DNA from: Escherichia coli
GTDB taxonomy: Bacteria; Pseudomonadota; Gammaproteobacteria; Enterobacterales; Enterobacteriaceae
Assembly (NCBI RefSeq): GCF_003019035.1
Contig: NZ_CP027447.1
Strand: one strand, 5' to 3'
Length of the DNA: 64,000 nt
Below, in pieces: positions 41,678 to 51,706 of this stretch. The position numbers were made by a program, and so were the translations under genes. Position 1 is the first letter of the stretch, and every line of letters starts with the position of its first letter. Below the pieces are notes generated by a model. The model was given only the letters and a program-made list of their open reading frames with translations, ran no database searches and was not told where the DNA came from.

Positions 41678-42004
41678 ATGCCTCATAACCCAAATACCTG
41701 GCTGGACTTGGTCCAGAGCTGGTGGCGTGGAGACACACCGCTGGGTGCAGTGATTATGTCGATCGTTATGGCTGGTTTGCGCATCGCCTATTTTGGCGGT
41801 GGTGGTGGCTGGAAGCGAAAAACGCTCGAGATTTTGCTATGTGGCGCTCTGACGCTGACCTTTGCATCCGCTCTTGAGTATGTCGGATGGCCTAAATCAC
41901 TATCTGTTGCCATTGGTGGTGGGGTGGGGCTGATCGGTGTCGATGCTATTCGTGGGGCTGCAATGCGAGTAATCGGTAACAAGTTTGGTGGCTCTAAGGA
42001 GTAA
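41678..42004 (+). CDS. Holin
   Basis: ORF-track 41582..42004; ATG at 41678 with GAGGTGA RBS; about 108 aa with hydrophobic helices; immediately upstream of endolysin. Confidence 0.55.
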   Translation: MPHNPNTWLDLVQSWWRGDTPLGAVIMSIVMAGLRIAYFGGGGGWKRKTLEILLCGALTLTFASALEYVGWPKSLSVAIGGGVGLIGVDAIRGAAMRVIGNKFGGSKE

Positions 42005-42007
42005 TTT

Positions 42008-42484
42008 ATGCAGGTACTAAATTCCCAGCGTAAAGCTTTCCTTGATATGGTGGCTTGGTCAGAAGGAACGGATAACGGACGACAACCGACACGTAACCAC
42101 GGTTATGACGTTATTGTCGGTGGTGAACTCTTCACTGATTACTCCGATCACCCTCGCAAACTTGTCACGCTAAACCCGAAACTCAAGTCAACAGCCGCCG
42201 GACGTTACCAGCTTCTTTCACGCTGGTGGGATGCTTACCGTAAACAGCTTGGCCTGAAAGATTTTTCTCCAGAAAGCCAGGACGCTGTAGCTTTGCAGCA
42301 GATTAAAGAGCGTGGCGCTTTACCGATGATTGACCGTGGCAATATTCGTCAGGCAATCGACCGTTGCAGCAATATCTGGGCGTCATTACCTGGTGCAGGT
42401 TACGGTCAGTATGAACATAAAATCGGTGACCTGATTGCACGGTTTGAAGAGGCTGGTGGGGTGATAAATGAAGTTGAGCTATAA
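42008..42484 (+). CDS. Endolysin, lambda R-like lytic transglycosylase
   Basis: 158-aa ORF near-identical in pattern to lambda R from memory (NSQRKAFLDMVAWSEGTDNGRQPTRNHGYDVIVGGELFTDYSDHPRKLVTLNPKLKST). Confidence 0.85.
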   Translation: MQVLNSQRKAFLDMVAWSEGTDNGRQPTRNHGYDVIVGGELFTDYSDHPRKLVTLNPKLKSTAAGRYQLLSRWWDAYRKQLGLKDFSPESQDAVALQQIKERGALPMIDRGNIRQAIDRCSNIWASLPGAGYGQYEHKIGDLIARFEEAGGVINEVEL

Positions 42485-42860
42485 GCTGGTTATCGCTGCT
42501 TTCTTCGTTACTGTCATTGGTTCTTTCATCTGGTCAGCCAACCACTACTACAGCAAATATCAGTACGAAAAGAAACGTGCTGATGAGGCTGAACGAAATG
42601 CTGGATCAGCAACAGCCATTACCAATAACGTCCTGCAATCACTGCAAATCGTCAATACAGTACTGGAGGCTAACCAGCGTGCAAAACAGCAGATCGCACT
42701 GGAGTCACAAAGAACCCAGGAAGATATCAAAATGGCCGTTGCGGATGATGATTGTGCTTCACGTCTTGTGCCTGCTGCCGCTGCTGAGCGGTTGCGGAAG
42801 TATGCGGACAGTTTACGTGAACACTCCGACGGTACCACTGCCAGCCAGCCTGACGGCTGA
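42468..42860 (+). CDS. i-spanin Rz
   Basis: 130-aa ORF with N-terminal TM anchor (LVIAAFFVTVIGSFIW) and coiled-coil-like body; start overlaps endolysin 3' end. Confidence 0.65.
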   Translation: MKLSYKLVIAAFFVTVIGSFIWSANHYYSKYQYEKKRADEAERNAGSATAITNNVLQSLQIVNTVLEANQRAKQQIALESQRTQEDIKMAVADDDCASRLVPAAAAERLRKYADSLREHSDGTTASQPDG

Positions 42861-43014
42861 AACCCCTCAGCCTGATTTACCTGATCATTTTACGTGGGGC
42901 TCGAGCTTAGATCTGAATGCCGCCTTGTTGTCTGCATTGGCGCAGTGTAATACCGATAAAGCTGACATCAGAAGGATTGAAGTTGAGCGTGGTCACATCA
43001 TGCAAAAAAAATGA
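42745..43014 (+). CDS. o-spanin Rz1 lipoprotein (overlapping Rz in +1 frame)
   Basis: Tandem ATG at 42745/42748; lipobox LLPLLSGC; Pro-rich; begins inside Rz and extends beyond it. Confidence 0.5.
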   Translation: MMIVLHVLCLLPLLSGCGSMRTVYVNTPTVPLPASLTAETPQPDLPDHFTWGSSLDLNAALLSALAQCNTDKADIRRIEVERGHIMQKK

Positions 43015-43106
43015 TGTTCACTTTATTTTGTTCCTTGATTTGATATGTGATGACCCAATAGATACAAAGCACCTGATTTGGGTGATTTTTTTGAAGGACT
43101 ATACAC

Positions 43107-43427
43107 ATGAAAGACGGCATTTATTTTGTTGTGTTCAGAAGCGGTCATAATGATGTTGGCAATGGCACGGTCGTTGTGAAGGATAATGCGGTTAATGGTG
43201 GTGATTTTGGGTTTACCTATCAGGGGCGTGTACAAGATGGGGTATTGAAACTTCATGTATCCCGCCATAACCCTTCAGCACAAAACGTTATTGCAGGCCT
43301 TAACGATTATGTGATGGATCTCTCTGTGAGAGATATTGGGGATGGTTATTACCTTGAAGGTGGAATTGCTGGTGTTCCTGGTGCGACTCTGTCTGTACAG
43401 GCGAAATTTATCGGCAATTTGATTTAA
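43107..43427 (+). CDS. Hypothetical protein (106 aa)
   Basis: ORF-track; Gly-rich; position after the lysis cassette. Confidence 0.4.
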   Translation: MKDGIYFVVFRSGHNDVGNGTVVVKDNAVNGGDFGFTYQGRVQDGVLKLHVSRHNPSAQNVIAGLNDYVMDLSVRDIGDGYYLEGGIAGVPGATLSVQAKFIGNLI

Positions 43428-43443
43428 ATCGATTCTCTCCTAA

Positions 43444-43471
43444 ACCGCCCACTTTCCACGGGCGGTTTTTT
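43444..43471 (+). terminator. Rho-independent terminator
   Basis: accgccc-(9 nt loop)-gggcggt hairpin followed by a 6-T run. Confidence 0.6.
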
Positions 43472-43522
43472 GTTGCCATTACGATGGGTAGACCAGTAGT
43501 AATGATTGAAGGAGAAATTTAA

Positions 43523-43873
43523 ATGCCCCCACGAACCCCAAAAGCCTGCCGTGTTCGCGGCTGCCGCCATACCACCACTGACCCGTCAGGCTATTGCGAA
43601 AGCCACAAAAGCGAAGGCTGGAAGCAATACAAACCTGGACAATCCCGTCATCAGCGCGGCTACGGTTCGAAGTGGGACAGTATCCGCGCGCGTGTCCTGA
43701 AGCGTGACAAAGGCCTGTGTCAGTTATGTCTGCGTTCTGGTGTGGTGCGTGAGGCGAAAACTGTTGACCACATCATCCCTAAAGCGCATGGCGGCACTGA
43801 TGCTGACAGTAATCTGCAGAGTCTGTGCTGGCCGTGCCATAAGGCGAAGACGACCCGTGAACGGTTAAAGTGA
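43523..43873 (+). CDS. HNH endonuclease (terminase-associated)
   Basis: 116-aa ORF; Cys-rich zinc-finger-like N-terminus; HNH motif (VDHIIPKAHGGTDADSNLQSLCWPCH); directly upstream of terminase genes. Confidence 0.8.
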   Translation: MPPRTPKACRVRGCRHTTTDPSGYCESHKSEGWKQYKPGQSRHQRGYGSKWDSIRARVLKRDKGLCQLCLRSGVVREAKTVDHIIPKAHGGTDADSNLQSLCWPCHKAKTTRERLK

Positions 43874-43998
43874 TAATAATTCTCAACTGTCTGAGGGGAG
43901 GGGCGGGTCAAATCCCTGTGACCTGACGTCTTCCGGACTGCCCGCCCCATCGTTTTTTTATACCCGCGAAAAATGAAATTTAACCAGGAGTGCCGCAT

Positions 43999-44493
43999 AT
44001 GGCTGGAACGACGGGGCGTTCCGGGCGTCGCCCCAAGCCAACGGCGCGCAAGGCGCTGGCCGGAAATCCCGGCAAGCGAGCCCTGAACAAAGATGAACCT
44101 GTTTTTACGCCCATCAAAGGTGTTGAGCCACCGGAGTGGTTCGCTGAAGAAGATCTCCCTCTCGCCACGATCATGTGGCAACTGACAACCAAAGAACTCT
44201 GCGGTCAGGGCCTGCTGTGCGTGACTGACCTCGCGGTGCTTGAGCGGTGGTGCGTGGCCTACGAGTTCTGGCGGCGTGCCGTGAAAAATATTGCCAGACA
44301 GGGCAACACCATCACCGGTGCAATGGGTGGCATGGTCAAAAATCCGGAGCTGACCGCCAAGAAAGAACAGGAGTCCGAGATGAGCAGCACGGGGGCAATG
44401 CTCGGACTCGACCCCAGCATCCGCCAGCGTCTGATTGGCCTGGCGGGGCAGAAGAAAGCCACTAACCCGTTTCTGAAAATCATCGAATCATGA
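43999..44493 (+). CDS. Terminase small subunit
   Basis: ORF-track 43990..44493; ATG at 43999 with AGGAG RBS; basic N-terminus; precedes large terminase with overlapping stop/start. Confidence 0.7.
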   Translation: MAGTTGRSGRRPKPTARKALAGNPGKRALNKDEPVFTPIKGVEPPEWFAEEDLPLATIMWQLTTKELCGQGLLCVTDLAVLERWCVAYEFWRRAVKNIARQGNTITGAMGGMVKNPELTAKKEQESEMSSTGAMLGLDPSIRQRLIGLAGQKKATNPFLKIIES

Positions 44494-46223
44494 GCCGGAA
44501 ATCTTACCCCAACGTAAATGCTGCCAATCAGTATGCCCGGGATGTCGTGCGCGGAAAGATTGTGGCCTGCCAGTTTGTGATTCAGGCCTGCCAGCGCCAT
44601 CTTGATGACCTGATGGCGGAAAAAAGTAAGTCGTTTCGTTACCGCTTCGACAAGGACCTGGCTGAACGGGCCGCGAAATTTATTCAGCTGTTGCCACACA
44701 CCAAGGGGGAGTGGGCATTCAAGAGGATGCCCATCACGCTGGAACCGTGGCAGCTCTTTGTGATCTGCTGTGCGTTTGGCTGGGTCAATAAAGGCTCCCG
44801 GCTGCGCCGCTTCAGGGAGGTGTATACCGAAATCCCCCGTAAGAACGGCAAATCGGCAATCTCTGCCGGTGTTGCCCTGTATTGTTTTGCCTGTGATAAC
44901 GAGTTTGGCGCGGAAGTGTATTCCGGTGCCACGACAGAGAAACAGGCGTGGGAAGTCTTTCGCCCGGCGCGACTGATGTGTAAACGCACACCCATGCTGA
45001 CGGAAGCGTTCGGGATTGAGGTTAACGCCTCAAACATGAACCGTCCGGAGGATGGCGCGCGGTTTGAACCGCTGATCGGTAACCCCGGTGATGGTTCATC
45101 ACCCCACTGTGCCGTGGTGGATGAATATCACGAGCACGCCACCGATGCGCTTTATACCACGATGCTTACCGGGATGGGCGCGCGACGTCAGCCACTGATG
45201 TGGGCCATTACTACTGCCGGGTACAACATTGAGGGGCCGTGCTACGACAAGCGGCGGGAAGTTATCGAGATGCTCAACGGGTCGGTACCCAACGATGAAC
45301 TGTTCGGGATCATCTATACCGTTGATGAAGGTGACGACTGGACCGACCCGCAGGTGCTGGAAAAAGCCAATCCAAATATTGGCGTGTCGGTTTATCGCGA
45401 ATTTTTGTTAAGTCAGCAGCAGCGTGCGAAAAATAACGCCCGTCTGGCAAACGTCTTTAAAACAAAACACCTCAATATCTGGGTGTCGGCGCGTTCGGCG
45501 TATTTCAACCTGGTGAGCTGGCAGAGCTGCGAGGATAAATCACTGACCCTTGAGCAGTTCGAGGGGCAGCTGTGCATTCTGGCCTTTGACCTGGCGCGTA
45601 AGCTGGATATGAACAGCATGGCGCGACTTTATACCCGCGAGATTGACGGTAAAACGCATTACTACAGTGTGGCCCCGCGTTTCTGGGTACCGTATGACAC
45701 GGTGTACAGCGTCGAGAAAAATGAAGATCGACGGACAGCCGAACGCTTTCAGAAATGGGTGGAAATGGGCGTTCTGACCGTTACCGATGGTGCGGAGGTG
45801 GATTATCGCTATATCCTCGAGGAGGCCAAAGCGGCGAACAAAATCAGCCCGGTCAGTGAGTCACCCATCGACCCCTTCGGGGCGACCGGGTTGTCACATG
45901 ACCTTGCTGATGAAGACCTGAATCCCGTCACTATCATTCAGAACTACACCAACATGTCCGACCCGATGAAAGAGCTGGAAGCGGCAATTGAATCGGGGCG
46001 CTTTCATCATGATGGCAATCCCATCATGACCTGGTGTATCGGCAACGTGGTCGGCAAAACCATTCCGGGTAACGATGATGTGGTGAAGCCCGTCAAAGAG
46101 CAGGCGGAAAACAAAATCGATGGTGCAGTTGCGCTGATTATGGCGGTTGGCAGAGCCATGCTGTACGAGAAAGGAGACACGTTGTCTGACCACATTGAGT
46201 CCTATGGGATCCGCTCGCTTTAA
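44490..46223 (+). CDS. Terminase large subunit
   Basis: 577-aa ORF; ATPase and nuclease-like regions; typical size and position. Confidence 0.9.
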
Positions 46224-46234
46224 CTGAGGTAATT

Positions 46235-46417
46235 ATGATCATGCTGATTCTCGCGCCTCTGGTGGGCGTGCTGGGGGCGCTTTTGCTGGCGTATGGTGCC
46301 TGGCTGATTTATCCCCCGGCGGGGTTTGTTGTTGCCGGGGCGTTGTGCCTGTTCTGGTCGTGGCTGGTGGCGCGATATCTTGACCGTACACAGTCGTCTG
46401 TCGGCGGAGGTAAATAG
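46235..46417 (+). CDS. Small hydrophobic protein (60 aa)
   Basis: ORF-track; two hydrophobic helices; between terminase and portal. Confidence 0.35.
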
Positions 46418-47658
46418 TGTTCTTTTCGGGATTATTTCAACGAAAAAGTGACGCACCGATGACCACGCCAGCAGAGCTGGCGGAGGCTATCGGGTTGTCC
46501 TACGACACCTATACCGGAAAGCAGATCAGCAGCCAGCGGGCCATGCGACTGACGGCGGTTTTTTCCTGTGTCAGGGTGCTGGCGGAGTCGGTCGGGATGT
46601 TGCCCTGCAACCTGTATCACCTGAACGGCAGCCTGAAGCAGAGAGCCACTGGCGAACGTCTGCATAAGCTGATCTCCACGCATCCCAATGGCTATATGAC
46701 GCCGCAGGAGTTCTGGGAGCTGGTGGTCACCTGTCTGTGCCTGCGGGGAAACTTTTACGCCTACAAAGTGAAAGCATTTGGCGAAGTGGCTGAACTGCTG
46801 CCCGTCGATCCCGGCTGTGTGGTACCGAAGCTTAACAGTAGCTGGGAGCCGATCTATCAGGTCACATTCCCGGATGGCTCCACGGATGTACTGAGCCAGG
46901 AGGATATCTGGCATGTGCGCACGCTGACGCTGGACGGACTGGTGGGGCTGAATCCCATCGCCTATGCCCGCGAGGCAATATCGCTGGCAGCTGCGACCGA
47001 AGAGCACGGGGCCAGACTGTTCAGCAATGGCGCGGTGACGTCGGGTGTGTTGCGTACAGAGCAGACGCTGTCAGATCAGGCTTATGAGCGCCTGAAGAAA
47101 GATTTTGAGGAGCGTCACACCGGGCTTGGCAATGCTCACCGCCCGATGATCCTTGAGATGGGGCTGGACTGGAAGTCGATGGCGCTGAACGCCGAGGACA
47201 GCCAGTTCCTGGAAACCCGCAAGTTTCAGCTTGAAGAAATCTGTCGTCTGTTCCGGGTGCCGTTGCACATGGTGCAGAACACCGATCGCGCCACCTTCAA
47301 CAATATCGAAGAGCTGGGGCTGGGATTTATCAACTATTCACTGGTGCCGTATCTGACCCGCATCGAACAGCGGATCAACACCGGACTGGTACGAAAAAGT
47401 AAGCAGGGCGTTTATTACGCCAAATTTAACGCCGGGGCGTTACTGCGCGGGGATATGAAGTCCCGTTTTGAAGCCTACGCCACCGGGATCAACTGGGGAA
47501 TTTACTCTCCCAATGACTGCCGCGACCTGGAAGATATGAATCCGCGTCCCGGTGGTGATGTCTATCTCACACCGATGAACATGACCACGAAACCCTCCGA
47601 TGGCAGTAAAGCCGGTAAGCAGAAGGATAACGCCAATGCAGACGAAACAACGTCTTGA
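46417..47658 (+). CDS. Portal protein (HK97-family-like)
   Basis: 413-aa ORF; GTG start with GGAGG RBS (alternative ATG at 46459); position and size. Confidence 0.8.
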   Translation: MFFSGLFQRKSDAPMTTPAELAEAIGLSYDTYTGKQISSQRAMRLTAVFSCVRVLAESVGMLPCNLYHLNGSLKQRATGERLHKLISTHPNGYMTPQEFWELVVTCLCLRGNFYAYKVKAFGEVAELLPVDPGCVVPKLNSSWEPIYQVTFPDGSTDVLSQEDIWHVRTLTLDGLVGLNPIAYAREAISLAAATEEHGARLFSNGAVTSGVLRTEQTLSDQAYERLKKDFEERHTGLGNAHRPMILEMGLDWKSMALNAEDSQFLETRKFQLEEICRLFRVPLHMVQNTDRATFNNIEELGLGFINYSLVPYLTRIEQRINTGLVRKSKQGVYYAKFNAGALLRGDMKSRFEAYATGINWGIYSPNDCRDLEDMNPRPGGDVYLTPMNMTTKPSDGSKAGKQKDNANADETTS

Positions 47659-48286
47659 TGTACCGCTGAGTCTGAAATCTGTCAGTGACTCCGGTGAGTT
47701 TGAAGGGTATGGCTCCGTCTTTGGTGTAAAGGACAGCCACGATGATGTGGTGATGTCCGGGGCATTTGCTGCTTCCCTGCGGGCGTGGAGTGACAGAAAA
47801 GCGTTACCTGCGCTGCTCTGGCAGCACCGCATGGATGAACCCATCGGTGTTTACACCGAAATGAAGGAAGACGATGTCGGGCTTTACGTCAGGGGACGGT
47901 TGCTTATTGATGATGATCCCCTCGCAAAACGCGCACATGCACACATGAAGGCCGGTTCGTTAACCGGCCTTTCTATTGGGTACGTCCTGAAAGACTGGGA
48001 ATACGACCGGAGCAAAGAAGCCTTTCTGCTGAAAGAAATCGACCTCTGGGAAGTCAGCCTGGTGACGTTCCCGTCTAACGACGAGGCGCGGATCAGCGAC
48101 GTCAAGAACGCACTGGCCCGCGGGGAAATCCCCGAACAGAAAAAAATCGAAAGAGTCCTGCGTGATGTCGGACTCTCCCGTACCCAGGCCAAAGCATTCA
48201 TGGCCGGGGGCTATGGCGCACTGTCCCTGCGCGACGCTGAGGATGTGGGCTCTGCACTGAATGCACTGAAAAATCTGAACTTCTAA
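47636..48286 (+). CDS. Prohead protease (HK97-family-like)
   Basis: ORF-track 47600..48286; ATG at 47636 with AGAAGGA RBS; between portal and major capsid. Confidence 0.75.
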   Translation: MQTKQRLDVPLSLKSVSDSGEFEGYGSVFGVKDSHDDVVMSGAFAASLRAWSDRKALPALLWQHRMDEPIGVYTEMKEDDVGLYVRGRLLIDDDPLAKRAHAHMKAGSLTGLSIGYVLKDWEYDRSKEAFLLKEIDLWEVSLVTFPSNDEARISDVKNALARGEIPEQKKIERVLRDVGLSRTQAKAFMAGGYGALSLRDAEDVGSALNALKNLNF

Positions 48287-48300
48287 TCAGGAGAAATACG

Positions 48301-49506
48301 ATGGCGGTTGATATTAAAGATGTCGAACAGGTCGCGCAGGAGCTGCAGCAGAAGTTTGACGACTTCAAAGCAAAGAACGACAAGCGCGTGGATGCGATTG
48401 AGCAGGAAAAAGGCAAGCTTGCCGGGCAGGTGGAAACCCTGAACGGGAAACTCAGCGAGCTGGAAAATCTCAAAAGCGACCTTGAAAAAGAGCTGCTTGA
48501 GCTGAAACGTCCGGCTGGTGGAGCGCAAAATAAACTGGCCACCGAGCATAAAGAGGCGTTTGTGGGCTTCCTGCGTAAAGGCCGTGAAGACGGTCTGCGC
48601 GATCTGGAGCGTAAGGCATTGCAGGTGGGTACCGATGAAGACGGTGGCTACGCCGTGCCGGAAGAACTGGATCGCAACATTCTTAACCTGCTGAAAGATG
48701 AAGTGGTGATGCGTCAGGAAGCCACGGTGATCACCGTTGGCGGTTCCGACTACAAAAAACTGGTGAATCTGGGCGGTACGGCTTCCGGATGGGTGGGGGA
48801 AACGGATACGCGATCCCAGACTGCCACCTCCAGACTGGAGCTGATTGAACCTCTCATGGGGGAAATCTACGGCAACCCGCAGGCTACCCAGAAAATGCTG
48901 GACGATGCCTTCTTCAACGTGGAGGCCTGGATCAACAGCGAGCTGGCAACCGAATTTGCCGAACAGGAAGAAATTGCCTTTACCTCAGGCGATGGCACCA
49001 AGAAGCCGAAAGGGTTCCTGGCGTATGAATCCACTGATGAAACCGACAAGGTCCGGGCGTTCGGCAAACTTCAGCATATTGTATCTGGCGAAGCGACCGC
49101 GGTGACCGCAGACGCCATTATCAAACTGATTTACACGCTGCGTAAGGCACACCGCACTGGCGCGAAGTTCATGATGAACAACAACAGCCTGTTTACCATC
49201 CGTCTGCTGAAAGACACCGAGGGTAACTATCTGTGGCGTCCGGGGCTGGAACTGGGGCAGCCGTCCTCTCTGGCGGGTTACGGTATCGCTGAAAACGAAC
49301 AGATGCCGGATATCGCCGCTGATGCGAAAGCCATTGCATTTGGTAACTTCAAACGGGGTTACACCATCGTTGACCGTATCGGTACCCGCATTCTTCGCGA
49401 TCCGTACACCAATAAACCGTTTGTCGGTTTTTATACCACCAAGCGCACCGGCGGCATGCTGGTCGATTCGCAGGCCATCAAACTGCTGAAGATTGCTGCG
49501 GCGTAA
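48301..49506 (+). CDS. Major capsid protein (HK97-fold)
   Basis: 401-aa ORF; N-terminal coiled-coil delta-domain-like region followed by capsid body; position. Confidence 0.85.
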   Translation: MAVDIKDVEQVAQELQQKFDDFKAKNDKRVDAIEQEKGKLAGQVETLNGKLSELENLKSDLEKELLELKRPAGGAQNKLATEHKEAFVGFLRKGREDGLRDLERKALQVGTDEDGGYAVPEELDRNILNLLKDEVVMRQEATVITVGGSDYKKLVNLGGTASGWVGETDTRSQTATSRLELIEPLMGEIYGNPQATQKMLDDAFFNVEAWINSELATEFAEQEEIAFTSGDGTKKPKGFLAYESTDETDKVRAFGKLQHIVSGEATAVTADAIIKLIYTLRKAHRTGAKFMMNNNSLFTIRLLKDTEGNYLWRPGLELGQPSSLAGYGIAENEQMPDIAADAKAIAFGNFKRGYTIVDRIGTRILRDPYTNKPFVGFYTTKRTGGMLVDSQAIKLLKIAAA

Positions 49507-49555
49507 TCACTCAGGGGCGCGGAACCGCGCCCCCTGTTCTGACGGGTGAAGAATC

Positions 49556-49756
49556 ATGATCCTGAAACAAGATCTGAAATGGTCACCGGACGGTATGCGT
49601 GTTGAGGTCATTCGGGCCGGTGAGTATGACGACGGGGCGCTTCCTGCCCGGGTGCAGGAGATTGCACTTCAGGCCGGGTTAGCAGAGCGCGGAACCAGTG
49701 CAAAAAGCAGTAAAGCGACAAAAGAGAAAAAAGCCACGACCAGTAAAGAGGGCTGA
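49556..49756 (+). CDS. Hypothetical head-associated protein (66 aa)
   Basis: ORF-track; Lys-rich C-terminus. Confidence 0.35.
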   Translation: MILKQDLKWSPDGMRVEVIRAGEYDDGALPARVQEIALQAGLAERGTSAKSSKATKEKKATTSKEG

Positions 49757-49758
49757 GT

Positions 49759-50082
49759 ATGCTTCTGACAATGGAAGAGATTAAAGCCCAACTCCGGCTG
49801 GATGAGGATTTCGATGCTGATGACCGTCATCTGCAACTGCTGGCCTGTGCGGCGCAAAAGCGGACGGAAACGTATCTGAACCGGAAGCTCTATGCTCCGG
49901 ATGAAACCATTCCGGACAGCGATCCGGACGGGCTGCACCTGCCGGATGATATTCGTCTGGGGATGCTGATGCTTATCAGCCATTTTTACGAAAATCGCTC
50001 GTCGGTTACGGAAGTGGAGAAACTCGACATGCCGCAGAGTTTTGGCTGGCTTGTCGGCCCGTACAGGTACTTTCCGCAATGA
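49759..50082 (+). CDS. Head-tail connector protein (gp6-like)
   Basis: 107-aa ORF; position after capsid gene; translationally coupled. Confidence 0.55.
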   Translation: MLLTMEEIKAQLRLDEDFDADDRHLQLLACAAQKRTETYLNRKLYAPDETIPDSDPDGLHLPDDIRLGMLMLISHFYENRSSVTEVEKLDMPQSFGWLVGPYRYFPQ

Positions 50083-50489
50083 AAATTCGTCAGGCGCAGA
50101 CCAGCGCAACCTACATTCTGCCGGACCCCGGTGAACTGAATAAACGCGTCCTGATCCGCCTGCGGGTGGATATGCCCGCGGATAACTTTGGCGTGGAGCC
50201 TCAATACCCGGTTACGTTCCGGACATGGGCGAAGGTTATCCAGACCAGTGCCACCACCTGGCAGGAAACCGCGCAGACCGGGGACGCCATCACCCATTAC
50301 ATCACCATTCGTTACCGCCGGGGGATCACCGCTGATTATGAGGTGGTCTGCGGTGACAGTGTGTACCGGGTGAAACGTCAGCGCGATCTGAACGGGGCGC
50401 GGCGCTTTCTGCTGCTGGAGTGTACGGAGCTGGGCGAATGTAGGCAGAGTCACGGAGGCAACAATGACGACTTCCTTTTTGCACGTTGA
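50079..50489 (+). CDS. Head closure / head-tail adaptor protein
   Basis: 136-aa ORF; position and size. Confidence 0.5.
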   Translation: MKIRQAQTSATYILPDPGELNKRVLIRLRVDMPADNFGVEPQYPVTFRTWAKVIQTSATTWQETAQTGDAITHYITIRYRRGITADYEVVCGDSVYRVKRQRDLNGARRFLLLECTELGECRQSHGGNNDDFLFAR

Positions 50490-50970
50490 TTTTCAGCAGC
50501 CCGCGGAGATGCGCTTTAACCGCGCCCGTGTCCGGCGGGCGTTTGTCACGATTGGTCAGCGTCATATGCGTGATGCCCGTCGGCTGGTGATGCGCCGTGC
50601 GCGGTCGGCACCGGGTGAAAACCCCGGTTATCAGACCGGACGCCTGGCTCGTTCGATTGGTTATATGGTGCCGAGAGCCAGTAAAAAGCGAGCCGGTTTT
50701 ATGACACGCATTGCCCCTAACCAGCGCAACGGGAAGGGGAACCGGATGATCTCTGGTGACTTCTATCCGGCGTTTCTGTTTTTTGGTGTCCGGGGAGGAG
50801 CAAAACGTCGTCGTAGTCATCATCGTGGTGCATCCGGTGGCAGCGGCTGGCGACTGGCTCCACGTAATAACTTCATGGTGGAAACGCTTGAAAAGAACCG
50901 CAGCTGGACACGCTATTTTCTGGCGCGGGAATTGCGTAAATCACTGAAGCCGGAGCGACGACACAGATGA
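50464..50970 (+). CDS. Virion morphogenesis protein (neck/tail)
   Basis: 168-aa basic ORF; coupled to neighbours. Confidence 0.45.
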   Translation: MTTSFLHVDFQQPAEMRFNRARVRRAFVTIGQRHMRDARRLVMRRARSAPGENPGYQTGRLARSIGYMVPRASKKRAGFMTRIAPNQRNGKGNRMISGDFYPAFLFFGVRGGAKRRRSHHRGASGGSGWRLAPRNNFMVETLEKNRSWTRYFLARELRKSLKPERRHR

Positions 50971-51527
50971 AACTGACGCCTGTTATTGCTGCGCTGTGTG
51001 CCCGCTGCCCGTATTTTGAAAACCGGGTGGCAGGCGCGGCACAGTTCAAAAATCTGCCGGAGGTCGGAAAGCTGAGACTCCCGGCGGCGTATGTGGTACC
51101 GGGTGATGACTCTCCGGGAGAAAACAAAAGCCAGACCGACTACTGGCAGGAGCTGAAAGAGGGCTTCTCCGTGGTTGTCATACTGAGTAACGGGCGTGAT
51201 GAGCGCGGTCAGTTTGCCTCGTATGATGTGGTGGACGATGTCCGGCAGATGCTCTTTAAGGCCCTGCTGGGCTGGAACCCGGAAGCGTGCGGTAACCCGA
51301 TTACCTATGACGGCGGCACGCTGCTGGATCTGAATCGTCATGAGCTGATTTATCAGTTCGATTTTTCGGTCATCAGCGAGCTGACTGAAGACGATACCCG
51401 CCAGCAGGATGATCTGAACAGTCTGGATGAACTGCAAACGCTGGCGATTGATGTTGATTATCTCGAGCCCGGTAACGGGCCTGACGGCGATATCGAACAT
51501 CACACCGAAATAACCCTTCCTTCCTGA
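50967..51527 (+). CDS. Tail completion/terminator-like protein
   Basis: 186-aa ORF preceding the sheath gene. Confidence 0.45.
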   Translation: MKLTPVIAALCARCPYFENRVAGAAQFKNLPEVGKLRLPAAYVVPGDDSPGENKSQTDYWQELKEGFSVVVILSNGRDERGQFASYDVVDDVRQMLFKALLGWNPEACGNPITYDGGTLLDLNRHELIYQFDFSVISELTEDDTRQQDDLNSLDELQTLAIDVDYLEPGNGPDGDIEHHTEITLPS

Positions 51528-51535
51528 GGATCCTC

Positions 51536-51706
51536 ATGTTTGTCAAACCTGTTAAAGGGCGGTCAGTTCCTGACCCTGCCCGCGGCGACCTTTTGCCCGC
51601 CGAAGGGCGAAATGTTGACGAGAACAACTACTGGCTGCGCCGTGAAGTAGCGGGTGATATCCGGCGCGTGAATAAAAAGGTGAACACCGATGACGATAAG
51701 CTTTAA
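51536..51706 (+). CDS. Small protein (56 aa) upstream of sheath gene
   Basis: ATG at 51536 with TGAGGA RBS; MFVKPVKGRSVPDPARGDLLPAEGRNVDENNYWLRREVAGDIRRVNKK...; below ORF-track cutoff; overlaps sheath start by 17 nt. Confidence 0.3.
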   Translation: MFVKPVKGRSVPDPARGDLLPAEGRNVDENNYWLRREVAGDIRRVNKKVNTDDDKL

